Made by a program: the position numbers and the translations under genes. Below the pieces are notes generated by a model, which was not told the DNA's origin, ran no database searches, and saw only the letters and a list, made by a program, of their open reading frames with translations. From contig JAXHNJ010000001.1 in the NCBI GenBank assembly GCA_034520665.1, forward strand, positions 194,579 through 258,578: a stretch of DNA of 64,000 nucleotides, in the 5' to 3' direction. This document shows, one piece after another, positions 37,517 to 47,158 of the stretch. Position 1 is the first letter of the stretch; every line of letters starts with the position of its first letter. Source of the DNA: Patescibacteria group bacterium. GTDB taxonomy: Bacteria > Patescibacteriota > Patescibacteriia > JAXHNJ01.

Positions 37517-37632
37517 GAAATAGCCAGAAATCTTTAATTATTTTTAGAATTTCTTTGGCAATTTAATAGGTTGAACATAGCTTGTGATATAATATTATAA
37601 ATCTTAAAATATAAATTTTTAATCAAAAAAAT

Positions 37633-38535
37633 ATGGAATCATTAGAAAAATTTAGTAAAATTGAAAAAGAAAAACCAGAATATACATCAAAAATAAAGTT
37701 GTCATTCTTTCGCCATGCGGAAAAAGAAAAGGATAAATCAAAATCTGATTTAAAAATTAGACTAACAGAAGAGGGTAGAAAAAATAGTAAAAAGAAAAGT
37801 GATACTCTAAATATCAGGCAATCAGTCGTCTTTGGTAGTCCCCGTGAAAGAGCACAGGAAACAGCTTCTTTTAGAATGTCTGGAAATCAGGAAGAAATAA
37901 CAGGGGAAGAAACTTTTGAAGAATTAAAAGATAAATTAAATAAGGGATTAAAAGTTGGATCAAAAATTAGCGTAGATAAAAGATTAGATTCTGATTTGGA
38001 CATGGAAAGTGATTTTGGTAAAATCTCTTTAGAAAATTTTAAAAAGGGTCAATATCTAAAATTTTTAGTTGAGGAAAGCGATAGTTTGGCTAAAGAAAAA
38101 GATGATACTAAAGGTTTTACTTATTTGAAAAGTGCTTCAAATGTAGCAAAAATAATTGAAAAATATTTAAGCATTTCTAAACGATGGGATAAACTGGTGC
38201 AGGACCCACAAAAAAACTATGATGATACCTTAGAAAGATATTTTGGCACCCACTTAAGTGTTGGCGAGTGTTTTTTGGCTAAAGCAATAGAAGAGACAGA
38301 AGGTGAAGAAAAAAGAGATGAGTTTGTCAAAGCTCTCAATAATCAGGGATTTGATTTTAATGAGGGTTTTGAAATAGAAATTTTAAACAGCGAAAACGAA
38401 CCATCCGTTCATATATCTTTCAAAAAAGAACTTAGCGACAAAGAAGAAGGCAAAGAAGAAGTAAAAAACGTTTTTGAGTTTGATCAAAATCTATCCATAG
38501 ATACTATAAAAAAAATAGCGGAAAGTAATCAATAA
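37633..38535 (+). CDS. cassette ORF: acidic protein, possible histidine-phosphatase-superfamily (RHAE motif)
   Basis: SFFRHAEKE...LTEEG resembles the RHG/RHAE catalytic motif of the PGAM-like family. A similar motif occurs in the 61168..62223 ORF. Confidence 0.3.
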   Translation: MESLEKFSKIEKEKPEYTSKIKLSFFRHAEKEKDKSKSDLKIRLTEEGRKNSKKKSDTLNIRQSVVFGSPRERAQETASFRMSGNQEEITGEETFEELKDKLNKGLKVGSKISVDKRLDSDLDMESDFGKISLENFKKGQYLKFLVEESDSLAKEKDDTKGFTYLKSASNVAKIIEKYLSISKRWDKLVQDPQKNYDDTLERYFGTHLSVGECFLAKAIEETEGEEKRDEFVKALNNQGFDFNEGFEIEILNSENEPSVHISFKKELSDKEEGKEEVKNVFEFDQNLSIDTIKKIAESNQ

Positions 38536-38578
38536 ATTGCCAAAAAAATAATAAAGAAAAGAAATTTCTGTCTACGTC

Positions 38579-38674
38579 ACATAACAGCGTGTATCTGGTT
38601 CGCCCCTCGGCTCGCAAATTTCCCAAATTTTCTCCGCTACGCTCCGAAAACTTCTCATAAGCCCGATGTTATAC
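38579..38674 (+). repeat. attC-like site
   Basis: ACATAAC-AGCGTGTATCTGG ... GTTATAC. The upstream gaaatttctgtctacgtcac is the reverse complement of the sequence following R' at 37517-37535. Confidence 0.5.
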
Positions 38675-38736
38675 GAAATAACTAAATTCTCTTCTGCTAT
38701 CGTCGAAAAATTATTGGAACAAATTTATTTTTATTT

Positions 38737-39885
38737 ATGAATAATATTGAAAAAAAAATTCCTCTTGAAAATAAGGCTGAAACTATGAGAATACCTGAAA
38801 TTAATATTAGAGAAGAAAAGGGCGCAACGCTTTTATCAATTTTATTACGAGGCTACAATCAAGATTTTGGTAGCCACGACCATGAATTATCTCAAAGAGT
38901 AGATGAATATTTTGAACAAAATCCTCTTGACGAAAAATCAATCAAATTATTAAAAGAAATTAAAGCTCTAGAAGACGACGGCGTTGATGGGGAAACATTA
39001 TTCAACATTGTTTTAACACACGACGATGAAGACAGGGTTGAATCTTTGCTTGAATTTATTTCTAAACATAAAGAGTGCGTAAAAAAACCTGAGAAACTAA
39101 GAAATAATCTTCTGAAAGCAATCAATGATCTAGAAAATAAATTACCAGAAGCATTAAAACAAGATTTTGACAAAGCCACATCTGAAGATATCAAAATACG
39201 AGAGCAAAACATAGAAGATTCCAAACAAAGAATAAAAAAATTGATTGATTTTTTTAGGCCACAAACTAATACAACAAAAACTAAAGAAGTAGTCTTGCTC
39301 CCTACCGATTTTTTAATGTCTGAAAAATCGGGAGTCGCTTTTAATTTTGGGGATAATCTTTATATTTCTTCACATGTCGATAATCCGCATAATTTAGAGC
39401 ATGAATTCTTGCATTGCATCATTAACCCGATCGTTGATAAACTAGATAAAAAATTATCAGATGAACAAAAACAAAAAATAAGCAATCTCGCGAGTGATAA
39501 ACTAAAAGTTGAGCAAGGCTATGGGAAAGAATATTACAGTTTACTTTGCGAAGAATTCATCAGAACTTACAATGATGTTTTTCAACACGGGAAGCAACCG
39601 ATAGTTTATAATGATTTTGTTCAAAAAATTGAAAGCTTAGATGAAGAACAATTTAATTCTTTACTTTCGAAAAAAGAGAGTCTAAAAAATCGTTGCGCCC
39701 AATTGCAGATAAACACATTTGAAGATTTTAAAAACAAAAGTCAAGAATATTTTGACGCTTTTGAAAAAAATGATTTACGAGAAATCATATTTAAATTCTA
39801 CCAGGATTTCACAAAAGAAAAAGAAAAAAATCCAAATTTAGATTTTGAGGAGTTTGTTTTAAAGGAATTTAATAATAGAATATAA
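38737..39885 (+). CDS. cassette ORF: hypothetical protein with HExxH motif (possible zinc metallopeptidase)
   Basis: 382 aa. Single HEFLH motif (LEHEFLHCIIN). No TM. Confidence 0.3.
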   Translation: MNNIEKKIPLENKAETMRIPEINIREEKGATLLSILLRGYNQDFGSHDHELSQRVDEYFEQNPLDEKSIKLLKEIKALEDDGVDGETLFNIVLTHDDEDRVESLLEFISKHKECVKKPEKLRNNLLKAINDLENKLPEALKQDFDKATSEDIKIREQNIEDSKQRIKKLIDFFRPQTNTTKTKEVVLLPTDFLMSEKSGVAFNFGDNLYISSHVDNPHNLEHEFLHCIINPIVDKLDKKLSDEQKQKISNLASDKLKVEQGYGKEYYSLLCEEFIRTYNDVFQHGKQPIVYNDFVQKIESLDEEQFNSLLSKKESLKNRCAQLQINTFEDFKNKSQEYFDAFEKNDLREIIFKFYQDFTKEKEKNPNLDFEEFVLKEFNNRI

Positions 39886-39941
39886 ATAAAAATAAATTTG
39901 CCCGAATAATGCTCGCTGTCGCTCGCGAATTTAGTTACATC

Positions 39942-40035
39942 AGCTAACACGGCATATCTGGTTACGGCTTTTACAAAAGTCTCCACCCATACCTCTCGAC
40001 AAGCTCGGGGCATCAGATATACGCAAACGTTAGGC
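39942..40035 (+). repeat. attC-like site
   Basis: AGCTAAC-acggc-ATATCTG ... CAGATAT-acgcaaac-GTTAGGC. Outer and inner boxes are mutually complementary. Confidence 0.55.
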
Positions 40036-40060
40036 AAAATTTTTCTTTAAGAAATATTTT

Positions 40061-40678
40061 ATGATAAATATAAAAGAATGTAACGAGCCATTAATTGATA
40101 TAAAAAAGTTGTGCCCAAATATCAAGATAGACCTGGGCGGGCGGCGAATAAGAAAAGAAAAAACGGCATATCTTCGAAAAACAGTGGCTGAAATGATTTT
40201 GCATGCCGAAAAGGAATTGCCCAGAGGTATGACGTTTATTATCGATGACGCATGGAGACCTCAGTATATCCAAGAGGAAATCACACAGTGGTTTATAAAA
40301 CGTTTCTCTAAAAAATATCCCAGCTGGCCTAAAAATAAAATTGTAAAAGAAGTCGAAAAATATGTTGCTCCTTCAAATGGAAAATATGCCTCTGGGCACA
40401 TGACAGGTGGTGCAGTAGATTTGAGGTTATTGAAAAATGGCAAAAAAGTTCCGATGAAAAGCTCAAAACTAATATATCAAGAAAATGCAAAATCATTTCA
40501 GCCTAAACTTCCACAATATATTCAAAAAAATAGAAATATAATGTTCACCGCTCTAAAAAAAGCTGGTTTGTCTAATTATCCGAAAGAATATTGGCATTGG
40601 TCGTATGGCGATATTTGGTGGGCAAAAAAAAACAAAAAGAAAATAGCTATCTATGGTGTGATAAAAAATATTTCTTAA
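40061..40678 (+). CDS. cassette ORF: peptidase M15 (VanX / D-Ala-D-Ala dipeptidase-like)
   Basis: SGHMTGGAVDL (SxHxxGxAxD) and EYWHWSYGD (ExxH/WHW) motifs of zinc D,D- or L,D-peptidases. Confidence 0.6.
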   Translation: MINIKECNEPLIDIKKLCPNIKIDLGGRRIRKEKTAYLRKTVAEMILHAEKELPRGMTFIIDDAWRPQYIQEEITQWFIKRFSKKYPSWPKNKIVKEVEKYVAPSNGKYASGHMTGGAVDLRLLKNGKKVPMKSSKLIYQENAKSFQPKLPQYIQKNRNIMFTALKKAGLSNYPKEYWHWSYGDIWWAKKNKKKIAIYGVIKNIS

Positions 40679-40793
40679 AGTAAAACTCAAGCCACGCTGC
40701 GCTCTCGCTCCACTCCGTTACGCTCGGGTCGGACAACAGCGTATATCTGCCTCCGCTACGCTCCAGAAACTTCTGATAAGCCCGATGTTAGGC
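40664..40793 (+). repeat. attC-like site (long form)
   Basis: Ends with GTTAGGC. Its first 27 nt (aaaaaatatttcttaaagtaaaactc) are the reverse complement of 40036-40060, the 5' end of this cassette. Internal AACAGCGTATATCTG box. Confidence 0.5.
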
Positions 40794-40818
40794 GAACCTT
40801 TGTTTGAATAAAATTTTT

Positions 40819-41550
40819 ATGTCAATATTTTTCAATAATAATAAAGAACAAAAAGAGTATATTAAGGAAAAACTTATTAAAGTATATCCCAAATTCAAAA
40901 CAGGAGGATATTTTTTTAGGCAATATTTAAAAAATTATATTAATAGCAATTCAATCATTTTAGATGCAGGTTGCGGAAGTGATGGAATAATATCAGAATT
41001 TCAGTTTATGCCGAAATTAATTATTGGCGTTGATATAAACAAAAGATTATTAGATAAAAATAAAATCGTAAATAAAAAAATAGTTTCTGATTTAGAACAC
41101 ATCCCGTTAGGCAATAATTCTGTAGATATTGTTATTTCTGAATTTGTCTTAGAGCATTTGCGTAATCCATCTACTGTTTTTAAAGAAATATCTAGAGTTC
41201 TGAAACCTAAAGGAATATTTATTTTTATTACCCCAAACATCATAAACCCTATCATGGCTTTAAGTAAAATCTTACCCCATTTTTTTCATACACTATTAAG
41301 AATTAAATTATTAAAAAAGGGAAAAGAAACGCATCCTACATATTACAGAGCAAATATTTACTTAAGGTTACTAAAATTAGGAGAAGAAACAGGATTTCAT
41401 AATTATGAAATTATAAGAGCTGGTAACCCTGAATATTTTGGATTCTGCAAGCCACTCGTGCCAATGTCAATATTTTTTGAAAAACTAATTGACAATAATT
41501 TTTTAAATATTTTTAAAATGTACCTTGTTGGTTGTTTTATAAAAAAGTAA
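40819..41550 (+). CDS. cassette ORF: class I SAM-dependent methyltransferase
   Basis: ILDAGCGSDG (motif I), VISEFVLEHL, LKPKGIFIF. The ORF track starts at a TTG (40804); the first ATG is 40819. Confidence 0.65.
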   Translation: MSIFFNNNKEQKEYIKEKLIKVYPKFKTGGYFFRQYLKNYINSNSIILDAGCGSDGIISEFQFMPKLIIGVDINKRLLDKNKIVNKKIVSDLEHIPLGNNSVDIVISEFVLEHLRNPSTVFKEISRVLKPKGIFIFITPNIINPIMALSKILPHFFHTLLRIKLLKKGKETHPTYYRANIYLRLLKLGEETGFHNYEIIRAGNPEYFGFCKPLVPMSIFFEKLIDNNFLNIFKMYLVGCFIKK

Positions 41551-41639
41551 AATTTTATTCAATCAAAACTCAAGGGAACGCTGCGTTTTCATTTTAGCCT
41601 TTATTTGATAAAATAATAAGGAAGCCAAAATTAACCCTC

Positions 41640-41733
41640 GCCTAACAAGGGATAAAAAAAATTGCTCGGCTCGCAATTTTTCTAAATTTTCTCCGCTACA
41701 CTCCAGAAATTTTTCATACACGCAAACATTATA
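41640..41733 (+). repeat. attC-like site
   Basis: GCCTAAC-a-AGGGATA ... cgcaaac-ATTATAT. Confidence 0.4.
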
Positions 41734-41999
41734 TGCCATTCAAAAAATCTTTTTCCTTTTTATAAGGAATTTTGACAGGCTTTTCAAAAAGGGGAATAAA
41801 TTTGTTTTTTCTTTATTAGAAAGGGGTATATGTTGTTTTCTCCCCGCCAGAGGCGGGCAGGCACCCCTAACCCCCGCCCGCCTCGCTACGCGAAGCGTTG
41901 CGGGCAGGCCTCTGCCCAAAATTCAAAACAGAAAAAATCAAATTTTAAGAAAGAAAGCCCATCTAATACTAAGAGGAGGTATATGTTTATATACATTTG

Positions 42000-42055
42000 T
42001 TGACAGAATGTATACAAACATATATACTTTGTATACATTGTAATAAAGATGTAAA
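42000..42055 (+). promoter_or_regulatory. fic promoter (TTGACA-17-TATACT) overlapped by 12-bp inverted repeat aatgtatacaaa / tttgtatacatt (candidate operator)
   Basis: -35 at 42000-42005, -10 at 42023-42028, IR arms at 42008-42019 and 42028-42039. Confidence 0.5.
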
Positions 42056-42061
42056 CAAACC

Positions 42062-43210
42062 ATGAAAAATGCTAAAATTGGCCAAAATATAGAACAAAAA
42101 AAGGGCTTTAAAGCTTTTACTCCCAATCCTTTTCCACCAAAGGAAGGTTTTAGTTTTGAGCCAAAAATCTTGAAAAAGAACAATGAAGCCACTAGATTAC
42201 TCGGCAAGCTTGATGGTATTACTAAATTATTGTCTGATTCGGATTTTTTTCTTCTGATGTATTTGCGAAAAGATGCAGCTTCTTCAAGTCAAATCGAGGG
42301 AACTATGGCAACAATGATTGATGCCATTGAGGCGGAAGTAAAAATAAATACAAATATACCTGAAGATGTTGATGATATTTTGCATTATATCAAAGCTCTT
42401 AATTATGGGTTGAAGCGGGTAACAACGGATAATTTTCCTATGGCGCTTAGATTTATCCGTGAATTGCATAAACAGTTGATGCACAAAGCTCGGGCAAATC
42501 ATTTTTCTGATCCCGGCGAATTTCGCAAAAGTCAAAATTGGATTGGTGGCACAAGGCCGGATAATGCCAGATTTGTTCCTCCGGCTGTTCATGATATGCA
42601 TAATGCACTTAGCGATTTAGAAAAATTTATACATTCAGATGACTCTGTTCCGACTATAATCAAAGCCGGATTAATTCACGCTCAATTCGAAACAATTCAC
42701 CCATTTTTAGATGGAAACGGAAGAACAGGAAGAATGTTAATCACTTTTTATTTGTGGAAAGAAGGTTATTTAGAAAAACCAATTTTGTTTTTATCGTCTT
42801 TTTTTAAAAAACACCAAAAACTGTATTACGAAAAACTATTCGGTTATCACCATGGCAAGGTAAACGATTGGATTGATTTTTTCCTGGATGGCGTTATTGA
42901 AATAGCCCATGAAGCTATTGATATAGTAGACAAAATTACTATTCTGAGACAAAAAGATTTGATGAAAATTCAGAAACTTGGAAAGCGCGCCTCCGAAAGT
43001 GCGACAATTGTCTTGTCTGAACTTTACGAACAACCAATTGTAAATGTTAAAGTTATCCAAAATTGGACGGGTTTTACCCGCGCCGGTGCGCAAACAGTTA
43101 TTGATAGATTTATTAAAATGGGAATTTTATCACCAAAAGACAAAGACAAAAAATATGGACAATCCTATATTTATAAAGATTACGTTGAACTTTTTAACAA
43201 CAGAAATTAA
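42062..43210 (+). CDS. Fic-family protein (AMPylation/filamentation domain)
   Basis: HPFLDGNGRTGRML matches the Fic core motif HPFx(D/E)GNGR. Confidence 0.85.
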   Translation: MKNAKIGQNIEQKKGFKAFTPNPFPPKEGFSFEPKILKKNNEATRLLGKLDGITKLLSDSDFFLLMYLRKDAASSSQIEGTMATMIDAIEAEVKINTNIPEDVDDILHYIKALNYGLKRVTTDNFPMALRFIRELHKQLMHKARANHFSDPGEFRKSQNWIGGTRPDNARFVPPAVHDMHNALSDLEKFIHSDDSVPTIIKAGLIHAQFETIHPFLDGNGRTGRMLITFYLWKEGYLEKPILFLSSFFKKHQKLYYEKLFGYHHGKVNDWIDFFLDGVIEIAHEAIDIVDKITILRQKDLMKIQKLGKRASESATIVLSELYEQPIVNVKVIQNWTGFTRAGAQTVIDRFIKMGILSPKDKDKKYGQSYIYKDYVELFNNRN

Positions 43211-43329
43211 AACAAAAAACAAATTTATGATTATTGAATAAAAAGCCTGTCAAAATGAAATTTAATTAAAAATGATAGGCTTTCAAAAGGAATAAATTTA
43301 TATATTATATTTAATTTAAAATCTATATT

Positions 43330-44481
43330 ATGAAAAAGAAAACAACAATTACAGTTTTAATAATTGTCATATTAGGATTTATTTTTTTCTTGTTTGGTAA
43401 AAAATTAGATCCCAGGGGCGTACCCCAAAATCTTAACCAGGAAGAAAAAAAAGATTGGCTTGCAGAAAAACTCTATGAGTCTATGTATACCAGAAAACCT
43501 ATTGATATTGGTTACGAGGAACCTTCACAAGAAGATATTCAAAGCAAAAAACAAAAAACCGATTTAACTAAAAAATATCCATCAAAAATAAATGCCTTGT
43601 TTGAGTTAGGAACAAATACAGCTACTTTGTTTTATTTTAGTGATGAATTAAAAGATTTAGGAGTTAATACATATTTTGTTCAAGCAGAAACTAGAATTGA
43701 AAATGGGGAATTAAAAATTTTTCAGCCTTGTTATTCTAAAAAATGTATCCTCTCTCAAGAGGAAGCCGAGCGTGTTGTTATAGACAGAATGTTGATGGCC
43801 AAGCAAGAAGGTTTTAGTGTGGGCTTTGTGCCTGACTTGCCTGATGCTTTTGAGGTTGGAAGAGAAAATTATAATATTGATGAATTAAATCCCCGATTCA
43901 AAGAGATGATTCTAAAATGGGCGGAAATTGCCGAAGAATATGGTGTTGAATATTTCGTTCCGATTAATGAGTATGAGACTCTCTTATATACTAATGGATA
44001 TACTATTGAGAAAGTTTACCAATATACAAATAATTTCTATGATGATTTAATTCCAAAAATTAGAAAAATTTATAATGGTAAAATAATTATTAAAAGCGGC
44101 GCTTTAGATAGTTGGAGTAATCAAAAAGGCATATCTAGAAAAAAGGCAGATTTATTTGGCTTGGGAAATTGGCATGCTGGTACAGCAGATGAAATCAAAG
44201 AAAGTACTCAAAAAATGGTAGAAGTGGCTGATGAAATTTCTGTAAGAGATAATCTTCCTTGGCTTGTTACTGAATATTATGTGGCAACGCAAGAAGATGT
44301 TGAAGAATCTTTTGGTCAAGAAGGAATTGTTCTTCCAATGAAAGAGGCTTATGAAGCGGGTCTATCTGAACTCAAAAAATCTGAAGAAAATATTGGTTTC
44401 ACTTTTACCGGCTATATTGGCAGGGGCAAAATAAGAGGTACTGAAGCCGTCTCGGTTTTGAAGAATTATTTTAATAAATAG
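43330..44481 (+). CDS. cassette ORF: N-terminally anchored extracytoplasmic protein, unknown function
   Basis: 383 aa, one N-terminal TM, no recognisable motif. Confidence 0.4.
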   Translation: MKKKTTITVLIIVILGFIFFLFGKKLDPRGVPQNLNQEEKKDWLAEKLYESMYTRKPIDIGYEEPSQEDIQSKKQKTDLTKKYPSKINALFELGTNTATLFYFSDELKDLGVNTYFVQAETRIENGELKIFQPCYSKKCILSQEEAERVVIDRMLMAKQEGFSVGFVPDLPDAFEVGRENYNIDELNPRFKEMILKWAEIAEEYGVEYFVPINEYETLLYTNGYTIEKVYQYTNNFYDDLIPKIRKIYNGKIIIKSGALDSWSNQKGISRKKADLFGLGNWHAGTADEIKESTQKMVEVADEISVRDNLPWLVTEYYVATQEDVEESFGQEGIVLPMKEAYEAGLSELKKSEENIGFTFTGYIGRGKIRGTEAVSVLKNYFNK

Positions 44482-44771
44482 TTAAAAGAAATAATTAAAA
44501 TCTTTTTCTTTTAAGCAAATATCTCTAATTAAATAAAAAGCCTGTCAAAATGAAATTGAATGAAAAATGATAGGCTTTCAAAAAGGATTAAATTTGATTT
44601 TTTCTTTATTAGAAAGGGGTATCCGCCTTTGCTAATCTCCTTCGTTAAAACTTTGGTGGTCAAGAAGCTACGGCGGACAAGTAAGGTGTTTTCTCCCCCG
44701 CTAACAGGCGGAACAGGCGCTTTACTCCGAAAACGAATTACTTATAAAATTTTAATTTTTAATAAAATATT

Positions 44772-45845
44772 ATGAAAAAACAACTAACAATTATTGGAAT
44801 CGGAATTGTCGTAATAATAATGGCATTTTTTACTTGGCATTATTTTTCTCAAACAAACAATATTCCAAATCAATCGCATGTTATTCAAGATACAAAAAGT
44901 AATATTTCTGGAAATTACCTCGGAAGTTATTATAAAGAAAATTATGTCTGGGGCGGAGCTATGAATTTAGCTTGGAACGATTTGAATGAAAATATATTGC
45001 ATGAAAAGTTACAATTGAATACTGATGATAAAGTTGCCTTGGAAATGGTATCAAAATTAAATGACGCTCCCTTTTCTAAAAGTGATTTAGATGAAGAAAG
45101 TTATTATGTAAAAAGTGGCTATGGACAAAGCACGGTTGATGAAATTAATCGTGAATCAAGAAAGAAATTTCCATCAAAAAGTTTTGGTGATTTAAAAATG
45201 AGCTTAGATCCAACGGATATTATTTCCTATGCCTACTTTTTGAAAGAAGTAGAATATAAAACAAAATTTGAAAAGGACGATCTTTCATTTAACGGACAAA
45301 AAGTAGCAGGGTTTATTGCAGATAACGAAGCCCAAAAAGAAAATATAAAAATTATTAAGTATGATGACGATGATAAGTTTATTATCAGATTACAATTAAA
45401 AGACAAAAACGATGAACTGATTTTAGCCAAAGGATATGATATGAAAAATCCACAAGCGATTGTCGATGAAATAAATCAAAATAATAAAGGTTATCTTGCA
45501 ACTATTGGAGGATCTGATCGTTTTAAAGCTCCAAAATTACACCTTGATTATCATAGAGATTATATTGAATTAATTGAAAAGTATTTAGCCAATAAAGAAT
45601 TTGAAGAATATTATATCGCTCAAATGTTTGAAAACATTAAATTTGATATGGATGAAAAAGGAGCAAAAGTTGAGAATGAGGGCGTGATAGCAATGCTACC
45701 TACATCAGCTGGACCAAGTAAAAAACCAAAAATTAAAAACTTTATTTTAGATAAACCATATTGGGTGGTAATGAAAAGAGCTGATTCTCAAAATCCATAC
45801 TTTATTTTGGGAGTAAATAATGTAGAGTTAATGGAAACAAAATAA
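44772..45845 (+). CDS. cassette ORF: N-terminally anchored extracytoplasmic protein, unknown function
   Basis: 357 aa, N-terminal TM. Confidence 0.4.
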   Translation: MKKQLTIIGIGIVVIIMAFFTWHYFSQTNNIPNQSHVIQDTKSNISGNYLGSYYKENYVWGGAMNLAWNDLNENILHEKLQLNTDDKVALEMVSKLNDAPFSKSDLDEESYYVKSGYGQSTVDEINRESRKKFPSKSFGDLKMSLDPTDIISYAYFLKEVEYKTKFEKDDLSFNGQKVAGFIADNEAQKENIKIIKYDDDDKFIIRLQLKDKNDELILAKGYDMKNPQAIVDEINQNNKGYLATIGGSDRFKAPKLHLDYHRDYIELIEKYLANKEFEEYYIAQMFENIKFDMDEKGAKVENEGVIAMLPTSAGPSKKPKIKNFILDKPYWVVMKRADSQNPYFILGVNNVELMETK

Positions 45846-46017
45846 GGAGTTTTGGATTTTAGGCATTCCTGCCTACAGGCAAAACAGACGTGGAGTTTAT
45901 CCACGCATTTGATGTGGAGTTTTAAAAAACTTCTCCAAAACCTGATATTATGGTAATATTATGGGGTGATTTTGTTTAGAAAAATTTATTAATATCAATT
46001 AATCTTTTTATTTTAAT

Positions 46018-46350
46018 ATGAAAACTAAACTGAAAATTGGAATAATCGCCTTATCAATTATAGTTATTGTTTCAGGTGGATGGGTTATTCTAAATAATAC
46101 ACAAGAAGAATATACAACAGTAAATTATAATAGTAATACACAAGAAGAATCTACCAGAGGAAAATATGATGACAACATATATTACTGTGTGAATGATGAT
46201 GATTGTAAGATGTGGTGGGGGCCTGACCATTGTGGTTGCGGTAACAAGTATTACGAATATCCTGAAGAAATAAGAAATAGGCGCCCCAGTTTAGTTTGTG
46301 AGGGAGATCCTAGTTATGAATGTAAATGCATAGAAAACAAATGCCAGTAA
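46018..46350 (+). CDS. cassette ORF: small Cys-rich N-terminally anchored protein
   Basis: 110 aa, TM, 10 Cys. Confidence 0.4.
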   Translation: MKTKLKIGIIALSIIVIVSGGWVILNNTQEEYTTVNYNSNTQEESTRGKYDDNIYYCVNDDDCKMWWGPDHCGCGNKYYEYPEEIRNRRPSLVCEGDPSYECKCIENKCQ

Positions 46351-46560
46351 GTATTATAACGCAAAATTGCTTGCCTCATACTGCCGCTTTTTTTTCATTC
46401 CACTCCACGGACGTCATATAATAAGAGAGATATACAGTTCGCCCCTCGACAAGCTCAGGGTCGTCGGGGCGTATAACACAGCGTATGCGGTTCGGGACTC
46501 GGCTCGCCCCTCACCCATATTTTGCTCTAAAATGCATAATATAATTTATCTAATTATTTA
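46351..46560 (+). repeat. degenerate attC-like region (two partial copies)
   Basis: TTATAAC box directly after the stop codon and a second GTATAAC-acagcgtatgcggttcgggactcggctcgcccctc block homologous to 53462-53500. No clean R'. Confidence 0.35.
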
Positions 46561-46596
46561 ATATTACGCGGACCTGGACAAAAATAATAAAACTAT

Positions 46597-46953
46597 ATGA
46601 AGCGTAAAATCAAAGGAGGAATTTTAGCCATAATTGGCTATGCACTTTCACCAATATCATGGTGGAATGATTTATTTGTAAATATTCCCCTGGCCTATGT
46701 TTTTGCTTTACCGTTTGGATATTTTTCAAAAGAACTATTTTTACCGGCCATGATATTGGGTTACTGGGTAACTAATGTAATTGGATTGATGATGTTGCAT
46801 CATGGAGTTAAAGATGTTTTTTCAAAAGAAAAAGAAAAATATACAAAAAAAGATCTGGTAAAAGATATCATTATTTCAATTTTGTACACGGGAATAGTTG
46901 TAGTATTTGTATTAATGGGCTGGCTAAAACACCCTACAGAATATTTTAACTAA
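46597..46953 (+). CDS. cassette ORF: small polytopic membrane protein
   Basis: 118 aa, 3-4 TM. Confidence 0.4.
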   Translation: MKRKIKGGILAIIGYALSPISWWNDLFVNIPLAYVFALPFGYFSKELFLPAMILGYWVTNVIGLMMLHHGVKDVFSKEKEKYTKKDLVKDIIISILYTGIVVVFVLMGWLKHPTEYFN

Positions 46954-47083
46954 GTTTAAGTTTTGCCTTATATTCTCGGTCGCTTGGCTTTAATTTACTA
47001 TATAAGCTCTTCATATAACAGCCATTAAGCCCCATCTCAAAAATATTTATTTAAAAAAAAGCCATTGGCTTTTTTTTTAATTC

Positions 47084-47115
47084 TTGACAAATCACCAAAA
47101 AAGTGATTAGTTATA
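47084..47115 (+). promoter_or_regulatory. promoter with palindromic operator (aatcac-N7-gtgatt) upstream of the histidine-kinase gene
   Basis: TTGACA 47084-47089, followed by aatcaccaaaaaagtgatt. Confidence 0.4.
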
Positions 47116-47158
47116 AGGAAAGTTCTTTAACAAAAAACCAAAAACGAAAGGAAGAAAA

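Noticed and set aside
40804-40818. TTG start for the methyltransferase ORF
   Set aside because: An in-frame ATG occurs 15 nt downstream (40819). The TTG start would overlap the R' box of the upstream attC-like site.
46470-46510. tRNA-like T-arm motifs (gcggttcgggactcggctcgcc; also at 53470 and 61008)
   Set aside because: No acceptor or anticodon structure could be built. These motifs are part of the attC-like repeat family, not tRNA genes.
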